A stretch of DNA of 32,000 bases from Nostoc punctiforme PCC 73102. GTDB lineage: Bacteria; Cyanobacteriota; Cyanobacteriia; Cyanobacteriales; Nostocaceae. The notes under the pieces are model-generated. The model did not search any database. It saw only the letters and a program-made list of their open reading frames with translations, and had not been told where the DNA came from. Each line of letters opens with the position of its first letter. Position 1 is the stretch's first letter. The stretch spans positions 1 to 32,000 of the forward strand of contig NC_010632.1 of NCBI RefSeq assembly GCF_000020025.1, in the 5' to 3' direction. Made by a program: the position numbers and the translations under genes. Shown here piece after piece: positions 9,001 through 16,094 of this stretch.

Positions 9001-10289
9001 GTTTCCATTGCCAACCAGTGATAACCGGAGGCGAACGAGCGCTGATATAATGGCTCTAATAACTTAGGTAAGCGTTTTTTCGCACCCTCAGCATCCATCC
9101 AGTAAAGGCATAGTGAACAAAACAATGTTTGTAAGCTATTTTCTTCTTCTACTGAAGAGATATGGGCGCTAAGTACAAATTGTTTTTGAGTAATATCACC
9201 CTGGTGTACTTGCAGCACTGTTTTCAATCTGCCATAAATAAACCTGAGCCAATGATCTCCTTGACGAGACATTAAATTGGTGTATTCTTCTGCTTCTTTG
9301 AGGCGTTGTGCTGAACCATCTTTTAACAACGCCAGGATAAAAAATAAGCCCCCCATTGTATTGAAATATATTTGGCGTTTGCCTGTAGCCTTTTTTATCG
9401 CTTTCAGGGCATCTGTATAATATTTTATGGCTTGCTCATTCTCACCCCGTAGAAAACTTAACCAACCCCAAAAGATAGCAGCGTTATTTTGATATTCATT
9501 CGATACCCGCTCCAGACTTTCTTGCGCTTCTTGGGTACAGCCCTGTAACAGCAGTTGTTCTGTTAAAATCAGGTGCAGATAATCAGAACAATGTTTTCCA
9601 CCTGTTGAACATTGTTCTGACAGCATCATTAAAGCATCCTCAGACACAGACAATTTTAATGCACAATTCAGGAAGATACTTGATATCCCACTTTCATATA
9701 ATCCTTGGGGTAAGGTGTTAAACCCATCTGCATCAAATGGGTTATTAAATATCTGCTCGAAAATATTTTCTATTACTAGCTTTTCTTCACTATCAGCATA
9801 CTTCTGGTAATCTTCAATTTGCTTATTAATAAAGTTAAGGTCTTGACGATAAATACCAATGCGGATTTCTCTGATACACTGGCGCAGACTGTAGAATATC
9901 CGAGAATCATGGTTCCAATGAGTACGTATAGGGAACTTTGACTCTACTGCTATTACTTGGATTTCAAACTGTCCAGTTTGTACAGCATGACGAGTAGCAA
10001 TTTCTGTGAGTAGCGGATGACATTCAGGGCTTTGCCTGCCTGACTGCACTAGCAAACCTACTTTTAACAATTTATCAATTTGGGGACTGAGAGTTTTAGT
10101 AACCCAAAGTTTATTCTTTTCATCTAAAGCACCCATTTTGCTAAGACAGCTTAGAAGTGAATTTTTGTCCACAGGTGCATAAATTATCGCCAAAAGCTGG
10201 ATAACTTTTTGTACAGAACTATCTAAATCAAAGTATTGATTCGCAAGTTTTGTTTGAAGATTTGTAGTATCATTTGCCAATTTAGTCAT
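6078..10289 (-). CDS. SNF2/Swi2-family ATPase with ~900-aa unassigned N-terminal region
   Basis: The C-terminal third carries LRDYQMEGF, ADQMGLGKT (motif I), LDEAQAIKN (II), LTGTPIENHLGELW (III), KALVFSQF, LISLKAGGTGLNLT (V) and QASDRAHRIGQQRPV (VI). Residues 1-900 have no motif I recognise. Confidence 0.9.
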   Translation of the reverse strand: MTKLANDTTNLQTKLANQYFDLDSSVQKVIQLLAIIYAPVDKNSLLSCLSKMGALDEKNKLWVTKTLSPQIDKLLKVGLLVQSGRQSPECHPLLTEIATRHAVQTGQFEIQVIAVESKFPIRTHWNHDSRIFYSLRQCIREIRIGIYRQDLNFINKQIEDYQKYADSEEKLVIENIFEQIFNNPFDADGFNTLPQGLYESGISSIFLNCALKLSVSEDALMMLSEQCSTGGKHCSDYLHLILTEQLLLQGCTQEAQESLERVSNEYQNNAAIFWGWLSFLRGENEQAIKYYTDALKAIKKATGKRQIYFNTMGGLFFILALLKDGSAQRLKEAEEYTNLMSRQGDHWLRFIYGRLKTVLQVHQGDITQKQFVLSAHISSVEEENSLQTLFCSLCLYWMDAEGAKKRLPKLLEPLYQRSFASGYHWLAMETAELLSRLKPSSKYQKEAEALREDSNIQTIVDLIRPQEAWEMCLNALANLQKQPQTSLKPESQLRLAWFITFYPSKCVLQPKEQKVNAKGEWSKGRPIALKRLSSGLAEFDYVTPQDMRVCSCIEVYSEGYYGKVDYTFGEKAISALIGHPLVFWEDMPNIRVEIVKGEPELLVKKEKLGRLTLEFSPKLPESQNILHIKETPTRIKVIEITTEHRRIAQIIGKDNKLNVPAFAEKQVLAAINAVSGIVTVHSDIGGGSEGAEEVPAQTLPHIHLLPANVGLKITLLSRPFTQGGPYFRPGTGGETVIAEIEGKRFQTRRNLSLEKQLAADAVAACPTLAQSEEQDGEWVIVDPESCLELLLELQALGNKVVMAWPEGEKLHISHNADLKDFNLSIQRQQDWFAATGELKLNNDLVLDMQQLLELLEKTPSRFIPLGDGQFLALTQAFRKRLDELRMFSEKHNKGIRFHPLATLGLEDFVDEVGKVKADKHWKTHREHLHEVKNLQPELPSTLQAELRDYQMEGFCWLARLAHWGVGACLADQMGLGKTLQALAVILRNAHEGPTLIIAPTSVCMNWVSEAQKFAPTLNIIQFSGANRQKLLDGLQPLDMLVCSYGLLQQEEVAQMLSVVHWQTIVLDEAQAIKNMTTKRSQAAMNLKSNFKLLTTGTPIENHLGELWNLFRFINPGLLGSFESFNQRFAVPIEKYQDKLARNKLKKLIQPFLLRRTKNQVLEELPSRTEILLHVELSREEKAFYEALRRQAISKLTESDADAGKKHLQVLAEIMKLRRACCNPSLVMPDTVLPSSKLQLFGEVLGELLENRHKALVFSQFVDHLHIIRDYLEQQGINYQYLDGSTSVAERKKRVDAFQAGSGDVFLISLKAGGTGLNLTAADYVIHTDPWWNPAVEDQASDRAHRIGQQRPVTIYRLVAKDTIEEKIVQLHHQKRDLADSLLEGTDMSGKISTEALLQLISQG

Positions 10290-10291
10290 AA

Positions 10292-10943
10292 CTACTTATT
10301 TAATTGTTTAAATAATTTTATTAAATTAAGTTTCTGTCTATGAGCCGCTTCTAATTGTGAATGATAGGCAGACCGTTCAGCTTTTCGTCCAAGTTGAAAA
10401 TAAGCTATTTTTACTTTTTTGAGCCAGTTAACCACAGCCTCATAACAGTACCAAGTTTCTCCTGCATAGTCTCGAATTTTACCATAGTCTCGAAACCACG
10501 GTCTGATTTTAGGTCTAATTTTAAAAGTAATAATGCCAGCAGTTAAGGCAGTAGCATTATCCTCTAATCCTTTGAGCTAAATTGCTAGTCCAAGCAGTAA
10601 ATTCATACAAACAGTTATCTGATACATATATACCAGTAAGACATATTGACAATGTTTTAACCAGATAGCTATCTTCTGGCAGTATTTTTGCCAGGGCAAA
10701 ACCCTCCCCTGCTCTTACGTGAGGATTTTAATTTTAGCCGCAGACATCGCCTCTTCTACTCTTCCCAAAGCTGCTAATTGCCTCAGTACAAAAAGTTGAG
10801 GTAATTCCACCTGCCTCAAAACGAATACTAGCTTGATATCGTGTTATTTTGTTTTTTGGTGTCCGACCGCAGGACTTTGGAAAAATGCTGCCCTCCTCAA
10901 CCTCCCAAGCAATTGATCGCACGTTCAAAGTGGGAATACTCAA
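10292..10943 (-). pseudogene. Degenerate reading frame directly upstream of the SNF2 gene
   Basis: The frame of ORF 10734..10943 continues past two close stops (TAA AAT TAA) into ..HVRAGEGFALAKILPEDSYL.. . After one frameshift it continues into a 94-codon stop-to-stop frame without a start (LKGLEDNATALTAG...AYHSQLEAAHRQKLN). That frame ends at TAG 10292-10294, 2 nt before the SNF2 ATG. Identity is unknown. A possible remnant of the SWIM-type partner common in SNF2 operons is speculation only. Confidence 0.35.
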
Positions 10944-10967
10944 TTTATGTAGTTGAGGTTATTTCCA

Positions 10968-11117
10968 ATGGCGGATAAACAAGAGATTAAATGTACATAC
11001 TGCTTTGGCAAAGGTAAAATAGAACAACCCGAATCAATAGGTTCATCTCCCATACCACAATATAAAACTTGTAGCTATTGTAGTGGAACTGGAAAAATTA
11101 TTAAGAAAAAGTCGTAG
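10968..11117 (+). CDS. 49-aa DnaJ-type zinc-finger mini-protein (two CxxCxGxG motifs)
   Basis: Translation is MADKQEIKCTYCFGKGKIEQPESIGSSPIPQYKTCSYCSGTGKIIKKKS. GAGG lies about 10 nt upstream of the ATG. The ORF is below the size cut-off of the supplied track. Confidence 0.5.
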   Translation: MADKQEIKCTYCFGKGKIEQPESIGSSPIPQYKTCSYCSGTGKIIKKKS

Positions 11118-11297
11118 AAATATCTAGTTTACGTCATTCGGGCATAACAAACTCCTACTCTCTCATTCTCTGTGACGGAAGAATAAGGACTTTTTGATGC
11201 GGTCTGTGGGCAATCGGATATATATTTTTGCTCAGATTGGGATTGTAGGCAGGTTGTAGTCCATTGTCGATGCTGTGAGGTTGGGGAAAATGTCGGG

Positions 11298-11406
11298 ATA
11301 GGTAGGTGATTTTGACGACATCTCTGTGAGTGAGAATTTTTTCCGGCTAGGAGGCGATTCGGAAGATTCATAGGTAGGTGATTTTGACGACATCTCTGTG
11401 AGTGAG
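11298..11406. repeat. Two copies of a 37-bp direct repeat, 72-bp period
   Basis: ATAGGTAGGTGATTTTGACGACATCTCTGTGAGTGAG occurs at 11298-11334 and again at 11370-11406. This repeat generates the apparent ORFs 11129..11419 and 11232..11498. Confidence 0.85.
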
Positions 11407-11626
11407 GAAGCAACCCCAAAAGACTCTGTTGGCAGACCGTTTAATGCCCGGTAAGCAATGAGTTCATCTGTGCAAATAGTCCATTGTGGCACTTCCACAT
11501 CAGAAGAGGGGCAATCAGTTCCAGCGTGCGTTTTTCCTTATCCACCGACGGTAGAACGTCCTCCCGCCGAGGAAGACGCAAAATCCAGCGTTCTCCATCA
11601 GTGTCCTTATTTAGTTTCTTGAGCAA
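11407..11626 (-). pseudogene. Fragment of an aminoglycoside/macrolide phosphotransferase-family gene (frameshifted, truncated)
   Basis: DGERWILRLPRREDVLPSVDKEKRTLELIAPLL, then after a frameshift DVEVPQWTICTDELIAYRALNGLP. This matches the N-terminal pattern of APH-family kinases (RLPR ... E...L..L ... vP.w ... aY..l.G.P). The frame runs into the 37-bp repeats and stops resembling the family. Confidence 0.45.
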
Positions 11627-12222
11627 AGATGCACTATTATTAGTTTTTTGAAAAAAGTGTGAGGAACTACAGTCAATTATTGGGAAATTGAGTGTACTAT
11701 AAAGCTATTAAAGGGGGGTGTGGAATTGAAAAAATTATACTAAGGGAATGTGAGAATATTAAAACTTATTTATCCAGTGTAATTGGCGCGTTTACACAAT
11801 TAGAATTAATGCAAACTAAAAATTTAATTTAAAACTGGTATGAACTCCAGAGACATTTATTTATTCAGATGGCTTGTGACTTTATTCTAGACATCTTAAA
11901 CAACAGATGGGCTTGAATTCAATTGGTCGAATTGCTGTCAATGCGTAAGTTATAACCCCGGTTGAAGGCAATGGAATGCTGCTAGCTAACTTCATCATTG
12001 CCGTTAATGGTAACGAAAGAGAACAAGTACTACCCTACTTGATAAAGTAAAACTGAAAACTTTGAAACTGGTAGACACATAAAAACTTAAGGTACTGACT
12101 AGTGATTAAAATTACGATTCACTCGTAAATAAGAATTGGTACTCTATTCTAAATATCTAAGTTGAAGGCACTTATTTTACAAGAACTTGCTTTCCAGAAC
12201 TATCTTGCAGTAGGTTTCTAAA

Positions 12223-12555
12223 ATGACACTTTTTAAATTAGTGTTTGAACTGATAGCAGACTTATTCCTTCGCTATCGCCAGTGGTATCGGCGTATCTGT
12301 GGCGGTACTTGGCACTATGTTGTGGTCTATTTATGTAAAGAAACTTACGACTGGCATGAGGATTCTATTCTAAAGCCTTTATACTACTGGCACAACGAAG
12401 ACATTCTAGACCCCTCAGAGATTGAATTACAAACAGAGGATTGGGGAGAAAAACGGTTTGAGTGTATGGCTAAGGTTGAAACACGAGATGTTCAAACCCT
12501 TCATGAGTCCACTTACAATAGCTCAGTCTATGGGAGAAGTTTTAACGAGGATTGA
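12223..12555 (+). CDS. Hypothetical protein (110 aa)
   Basis: It is the only sizeable ORF after a ~600-bp AT-rich spacer and is convergent with the minus-strand block. No motif recognised. Confidence 0.4.
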   Translation: MTLFKLVFELIADLFLRYRQWYRRICGGTWHYVVVYLCKETYDWHEDSILKPLYYWHNEDILDPSEIELQTEDWGEKRFECMAKVETRDVQTLHESTYNSSVYGRSFNED

Positions 12556-12563
12556 AACACCAC

Positions 12564-12752
12564 TTAAACCTCTAAAACCTTGTGAAAAATCTCCTGGCTG
12601 GAAAAAAGGACAGCCAGGTCATAATAATTACAAATGACGTAAAGTTGGGCATTTCGGCGCAAGAACATCTGCTGATTATGCCGCCGTCTAATCTCCTCTT
12701 CAGTCAGGTGTAACTGTTCTGAAAAGCTCAAATCATCGTATTGGTTATACAT
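12564..12752 (-). CDS. Hypothetical small protein (62 aa)
   Basis: The ATG at 12752 overlaps the stop of the upstream gene (ATGTATAA, 8-nt overlap). It is the last gene of the minus-strand block. Confidence 0.45.
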   Translation of the reverse strand: MYNQYDDLSFSEQLHLTEEEIRRRHNQQMFLRRNAQLYVICNYYDLAVLFSSQEIFHKVLEV

Positions 12753-13056
12753 CTTCGTGAACTCCAATAAAACTAAAGTATTCGGCTGAAAGTTCCATCA
12801 AGTATTTCAGAGCCAAGCAATCACCATAATTTGTATATATTTGAGCGATCGCCTGGAGGATGAACGGAATATTATCCGGTGTGACATTTTGGAACTGAAT
12901 GGCTAAATTAAATGCTGAGTTTTCATCTTCTGGCTCTAGGGGTTGTGCGTCAGTCCACACAATTAAACCTCGCTTATCCAGTTCTGCTAAAGAAATATCG
13001 TTTAGAGCATCCACAACGGAATCAGGTGCATATTTTATTAATAGCTTAATCACCAA
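12745..13056 (-). CDS. Hypothetical acidic protein (~102 aa)
   Basis: Intact ORF. The GTG at 13053 forms a GTGA overlap with the stop of the HNH-like frame upstream. The TTG at 13056 is the alternative start. Confidence 0.55.
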   Translation of the reverse strand: MVIKLLIKYAPDSVVDALNDISLAELDKRGLIVWTDAQPLEPEDENSAFNLAIQFQNVTPDNIPFILQAIAQIYTNYGDCLALKYLMELSAEYFSFIGVHEDV

Positions 13057-13325
13057 ATAACACCTCCATAAAGTAATTGATATCCCAGCCTCAATCTGGT
13101 AATAAATTCGTCAGTATTACGATTGTCCCAAACAGGATTACTACGGCTTTTTATCCAGTTGATTGGACTATGACAAACATCATCATGACAACGGTAGCAC
13201 GTAGGAAATGTAGATTGACCAATGATGTCATTGCCGTAGTAAGCGTGATGGATTTCTTCGCTTTTTCTAGTCAGACAAACTACACAATAATTGTGGGTTT
13301 TCCGGTGAGCGATGCCTACGGCGGG
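13050..13325 (-). pseudogene. HNH-like Cys/His-box reading frame lacking a start, preceded by an in-frame TAG
   Basis: The 91 codons read PAVGIAHRKTHNYCVVCLTRKSEEIHHAYYGNDIIGQSTFPTCYRCHDDVCH... with no ATG/GTG/TTG. The same frame is open upstream (..NWNARYGDPKKYRKQVALV) but is interrupted by TAG at 13326-13328. Confidence 0.45.
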
Positions 13326-13384
13326 CTACACCAACGCTACTTGCTTCCTATACTTCTTGGGATCACCATATCGAGCGTTCCAGT

Positions 13385-14926
13385 TTAATTGTCGTGAAAG
13401 CCGAGATTTTCTAGTAATAGAGTCACCCCCTTTTCGTTTAACTCTTGCCCTGTTAATTCGTGCCACTTTTGTTTGATTTCCTGAAAATGTGGTCTTCTCC
13501 CTAATTCTGTTGCCCATTTTCTAATTTCTTCATACCAGTCAACCTGCTGCTGTGAGGATTGCTGATTATTTTTAGAACTATTAACAGTGTCATTATTCGG
13601 CTTGGAATCTTGTTTTTGTTCCAGACCTTTGATATCAAATTCCGGGATTAGGGCAACAAAGGGATTACCACGAGTTGGAATTACTAGGGCATATCGAACT
13701 CCGGCTTTATCCAACATTTCGCAAGCCTGTCGCAAGATTTCAAGAATTTCTTTTTTGACATTCAGAAAATCCTGGGGATGGTCAAGGATATAACTCGATG
13801 TCTGCCCTACAGCAATAAAGCAAACGTTTTTCAGAGATGGGCGACTAAATCCGGTTTCTCCAGAGAGCGGGGACTGGCCCATAAACACCCCATGTCCTTT
13901 AAGTCCGGCGGTGAATTTGATGATATAGTTCCAAAAACCTTGCAAGTCTTTGGCAGTATCAGCATCAACCATTCCTGGAAGTCCCTTGCCACCACCATAA
14001 ACACTATCTACTTCATCCTGAGCAAGAAATAATTCGGGAACACCGTGACATTCACCACCAACAATTGATACTCTTGCTTTCTGCTTGTCAATTTGGTCTG
14101 TGGCAAAGGTAATCCAATCTCTTAACGCTTTCATACCGTCAAACTTACGGCTGAACTTGCACAACCATCTGGTGACATCATCTTTTGGATCGCTGCCGAT
14201 GACAATTGCTGGCGTTTGAGATTTTGCACCAATTTTGTTGATAATCACCCCAGCCAGCGTAGACTTCCCAGATTGTGTACCACCAGATAGGTAAAAATGG
14301 TGATTACTGCGAAGAGTCATATTTTGATTAGATGCAGCATCACACAGTTCATCAATCCAAGCACTATCAATTCTGATGTATTCAGGATAATTAGCTGCGA
14401 TCGCTTGCAGAACTTTCATTGCACCTGGATTGATGATGCTCTGTACAAACTCTTCATCAATGTCAGCAATATCAGGATTGGGAATACCAGTCCGCGAAGG
14501 TTGGTGTTGTGCTGGTGGTTCGGGCAGAGTTACCAAGCCTTGCAACTGGTATTCAGCTATCCACCGGGGGCGCTCAGTAATGGGCAGACGATTCACATAA
14601 TCAGCAACTCTGCGTTTGGCATCAATCGCTGTAGTTACATAATTGTATGCTGCTTGACCTTGCAAATGTTGTTTGAGTGCTTTCAAATCAGCTTCTAGCA
14701 AAGATTTGTAAACTTTTTCCTTACTTTCGCTGATTTGGGCAGATACCCCAAACAAACCAGCACTAATCGTCCCAGCGCCGAGTAAGATTCCGGTTGTTAT
14801 TCTGTCAGTATTTAAGAAAAAAGGAGCAGACAGACATAACACTGCACTCGCTCCTAAACTGCATAAGATAGTCCGTTCTGCATGAATTACACTACTGGCA
14901 GTTAGTCGTTCTAATTCAAAACCCAT
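13385..14926 (-). CDS. Membrane-anchored P-loop NTPase (FtsK/TraB/type-IV-coupling-protein-like)
   Basis: Two N-terminal hydrophobic segments (ILCSLGASAVLCLSAPFFL; GILLGAGTISAGLFGVSA). Walker A is FYLSGGTQSGKSTLAG and Walker B is PELFLAQDEVD, followed by GHGVFMGQSP. There is a basic helical C-terminal tail. The family assignment comes from motif order only. Confidence 0.6.
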   Translation of the reverse strand: MGFELERLTASSVIHAERTILCSLGASAVLCLSAPFFLNTDRITTGILLGAGTISAGLFGVSAQISESKEKVYKSLLEADLKALKQHLQGQAAYNYVTTAIDAKRRVADYVNRLPITERPRWIAEYQLQGLVTLPEPPAQHQPSRTGIPNPDIADIDEEFVQSIINPGAMKVLQAIAANYPEYIRIDSAWIDELCDAASNQNMTLRSNHHFYLSGGTQSGKSTLAGVIINKIGAKSQTPAIVIGSDPKDDVTRWLCKFSRKFDGMKALRDWITFATDQIDKQKARVSIVGGECHGVPELFLAQDEVDSVYGGGKGLPGMVDADTAKDLQGFWNYIIKFTAGLKGHGVFMGQSPLSGETGFSRPSLKNVCFIAVGQTSSYILDHPQDFLNVKKEILEILRQACEMLDKAGVRYALVIPTRGNPFVALIPEFDIKGLEQKQDSKPNNDTVNSSKNNQQSSQQQVDWYEEIRKWATELGRRPHFQEIKQKWHELTGQELNEKGVTLLLENLGFHDN

Positions 14927-14929
14927 AAA

Positions 14930-15217
14930 TTATCGCACCCCCAACGCAACACCAGCACAAACTAAAGTCAGAAAGGCAAACAGAAATATTACCCCAGGCA
15001 TCAAGCCGATGGTAAAAGTTTTGCGGTTAAATCCAAAACCTTTAACGACTAAACCGCCAAAGTTGAATAACCCCAGAAATATGCAGCAGATAGAGATTAT
15101 GCCGATAAACCAAAGAATGTACTTACTAACGGGGCTGGCAACCGATAAATAACCCATAAACATAGAAAAGCCAACCCCGCACACTGCATATCCTATATGA
15201 AAGAGCTTGATTTGCAT
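14930..15217 (-). CDS. Small integral membrane protein (95 aa, ~3 TM)
   Basis: Almost entirely hydrophobic, with three predicted helices. It ends 3 nt before the ATPase start. Confidence 0.7.
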   Translation of the reverse strand: MQIKLFHIGYAVCGVGFSMFMGYLSVASPVSKYILWFIGIISICCIFLGLFNFGGLVVKGFGFNRKTFTIGLMPGVIFLFAFLTLVCAGVALGVR

Positions 15218-15220
15218 AAT

Positions 15221-15255
15221 CAGAATCCAGAAGTCAGGAGCCAGGAGTCAGAATG
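15221..15255. repeat. Tandem heptamer array (5 x CAGRAKN)
   Basis: CAGAATC CAGAAGT CAGGAGC CAGGAGT CAGAATG. It is the inverted complement of the array at 15603-15636 and supplies the last codons and stop of the four-helix-bundle gene. Confidence 0.9.
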
Positions 15256-15599
15256 GAATTAGAATAACTTGTAAGCAGTTTACTAACTTCTTCAAGTAGC
15301 AGCATTAATTCTGACATATCACCATATTTCAGATCACTTGACAGAATTAAATAATAGCGACACTCTTCTAAAGAGCCTTGAGCAATATTCATAAATTTCG
15401 CTTTATCTGCTAATCCTTTTTTCTTAAAGCCTTCCGCAATATTTGCTGGAATAGAAATTGCTGCTCTTCTAAACTGTGATGTAAGCCCATATATTTCTGA
15501 TTTAGGAAACTCATTAGTTATTCGATACACTGATAAAACAAACCGATGCGCTTTTTGCCAAACTATCAAATCTTGAAATGTTCTTGCTGGTTGTCTCAT
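15234..15599 (-). CDS. Four-helix-bundle protein (23S rRNA intervening-sequence protein family)
   Basis: FQDLIVWQKAHRFVLSVYRITNEFPKSEIYGLTSQFRRAAISIPANIAEGFKKKG..AKFMNIAQGSLEECRYYL is the canonical signature of this family (TIGR02436 / PF05635). Confidence 0.9.
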   Translation of the reverse strand: MRQPARTFQDLIVWQKAHRFVLSVYRITNEFPKSEIYGLTSQFRRAAISIPANIAEGFKKKGLADKAKFMNIAQGSLEECRYYLILSSDLKYGDMSELMLLLEEVSKLLTSYSNSILTPGS

Positions 15600-15602
15600 T
15601 TG

Positions 15603-15636
15603 TTCTGACTCCTGACTTCTGACTCCTGACTCCTGA
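15603..15636. repeat. Tandem heptamer array (4.9 x TYCTGAC)
   Basis: TTCTGAC TCCTGAC TTCTGAC TCCTGAC TCCTGA. It is the reverse complement of the 15221-15255 array and abuts the stop codon (15638-15640) of the upstream gene. Confidence 0.9.
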
Positions 15637-15637
15637 T

Positions 15638-16078
15638 CTAGAACCTGAAACTATCTCCCACTTCATCAAATGCTTTCTCGTATCCTCCGAGTTGACGCTG
15701 CTGTTCAATAGAACCAAAGGCATGACGGATCACTGCCTCCCCATGTAATCCCCTGGTTCGCTGCAAATCTTCCTCAACCTTCATGGCTTCTTGGGAATAT
15801 GCCAATTGGTTTTTATACATCTCTGCCAAAGATTGCAACTGTTTGAGCTTGTGCCGGGAGAACTTTGTATGTAGCCACTTCTGTGCTTTTAAATTGCCAG
15901 CCACTTCTGCTTCATCCAGAACCTGCTGTGCTGTAGTGTAAGCTGGCAATGTGTAGCGATCGCGGATTGATGAAGGTAAATTACCCTCAATTTGTGTTGC
16001 ATCACCCACCCTTAAATCTGTTGACACTACTCCATCACCTTTACCGCCAAATAAACCAGGAAGCCATTTTCCTAACAT
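15638..16078 (-). CDS. Hypothetical protein (146 aa)
   Basis: Intact ORF in the operon series. No motif recognised. Confidence 0.6.
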   Translation of the reverse strand: MLGKWLPGLFGGKGDGVVSTDLRVGDATQIEGNLPSSIRDRYTLPAYTTAQQVLDEAEVAGNLKAQKWLHTKFSRHKLKQLQSLAEMYKNQLAYSQEAMKVEEDLQRTRGLHGEAVIRHAFGSIEQQRQLGGYEKAFDEVGDSFRF

Positions 16079-16094
16079 TCTTTTCTCCCCCCTA

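Noticed and set aside
11129-11498. Minus-strand ORFs 11129..11419 and 11232..11498
   Set aside because: They are generated largely by the duplicated 37-bp repeat and by the out-of-frame tail of the kinase fragment, so they are unlikely to be genes.
11630-12222. tRNA, sRNA or riboswitch in the ~600-bp AT-rich spacer
   Set aside because: I found no cloverleaf-compatible sequence or T-loop consensus and only short (6-7 bp) inverted repeats. Nothing there could be supported by eye.
13077-13388. Plus-strand 103-aa ORF
   Set aside because: It lies antisense to the HNH-like frame. That frame has a Cys/His motif and a coupled stop/start with its neighbour.
13587-14698. Plus-strand ORFs 13587..13793, 13778..14032 and 14297..14698
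   Set aside because: They are antisense to the 513-aa P-loop ATPase gene.
15234-15599. Diversity-generating retroelement (the four-helix-bundle protein acting as Avd)
   Set aside because: No reverse transcriptase ORF and no template/variable repeat pair are visible within the window.
15221-15636. CRISPR array interpretation of the short tandem repeats
   Set aside because: The repeats are contiguous 7-mers without spacers and occur as inverted pairs. No cas genes or 25-40-nt repeat/spacer periodicity is present anywhere in the window.
15514-15723. Minus-strand 69-aa ORF spanning the heptamer array
   Set aside because: It reads through the tandem heptamers (giving a SGVRSQKSGVR-type sequence) and overlaps two better-supported genes.
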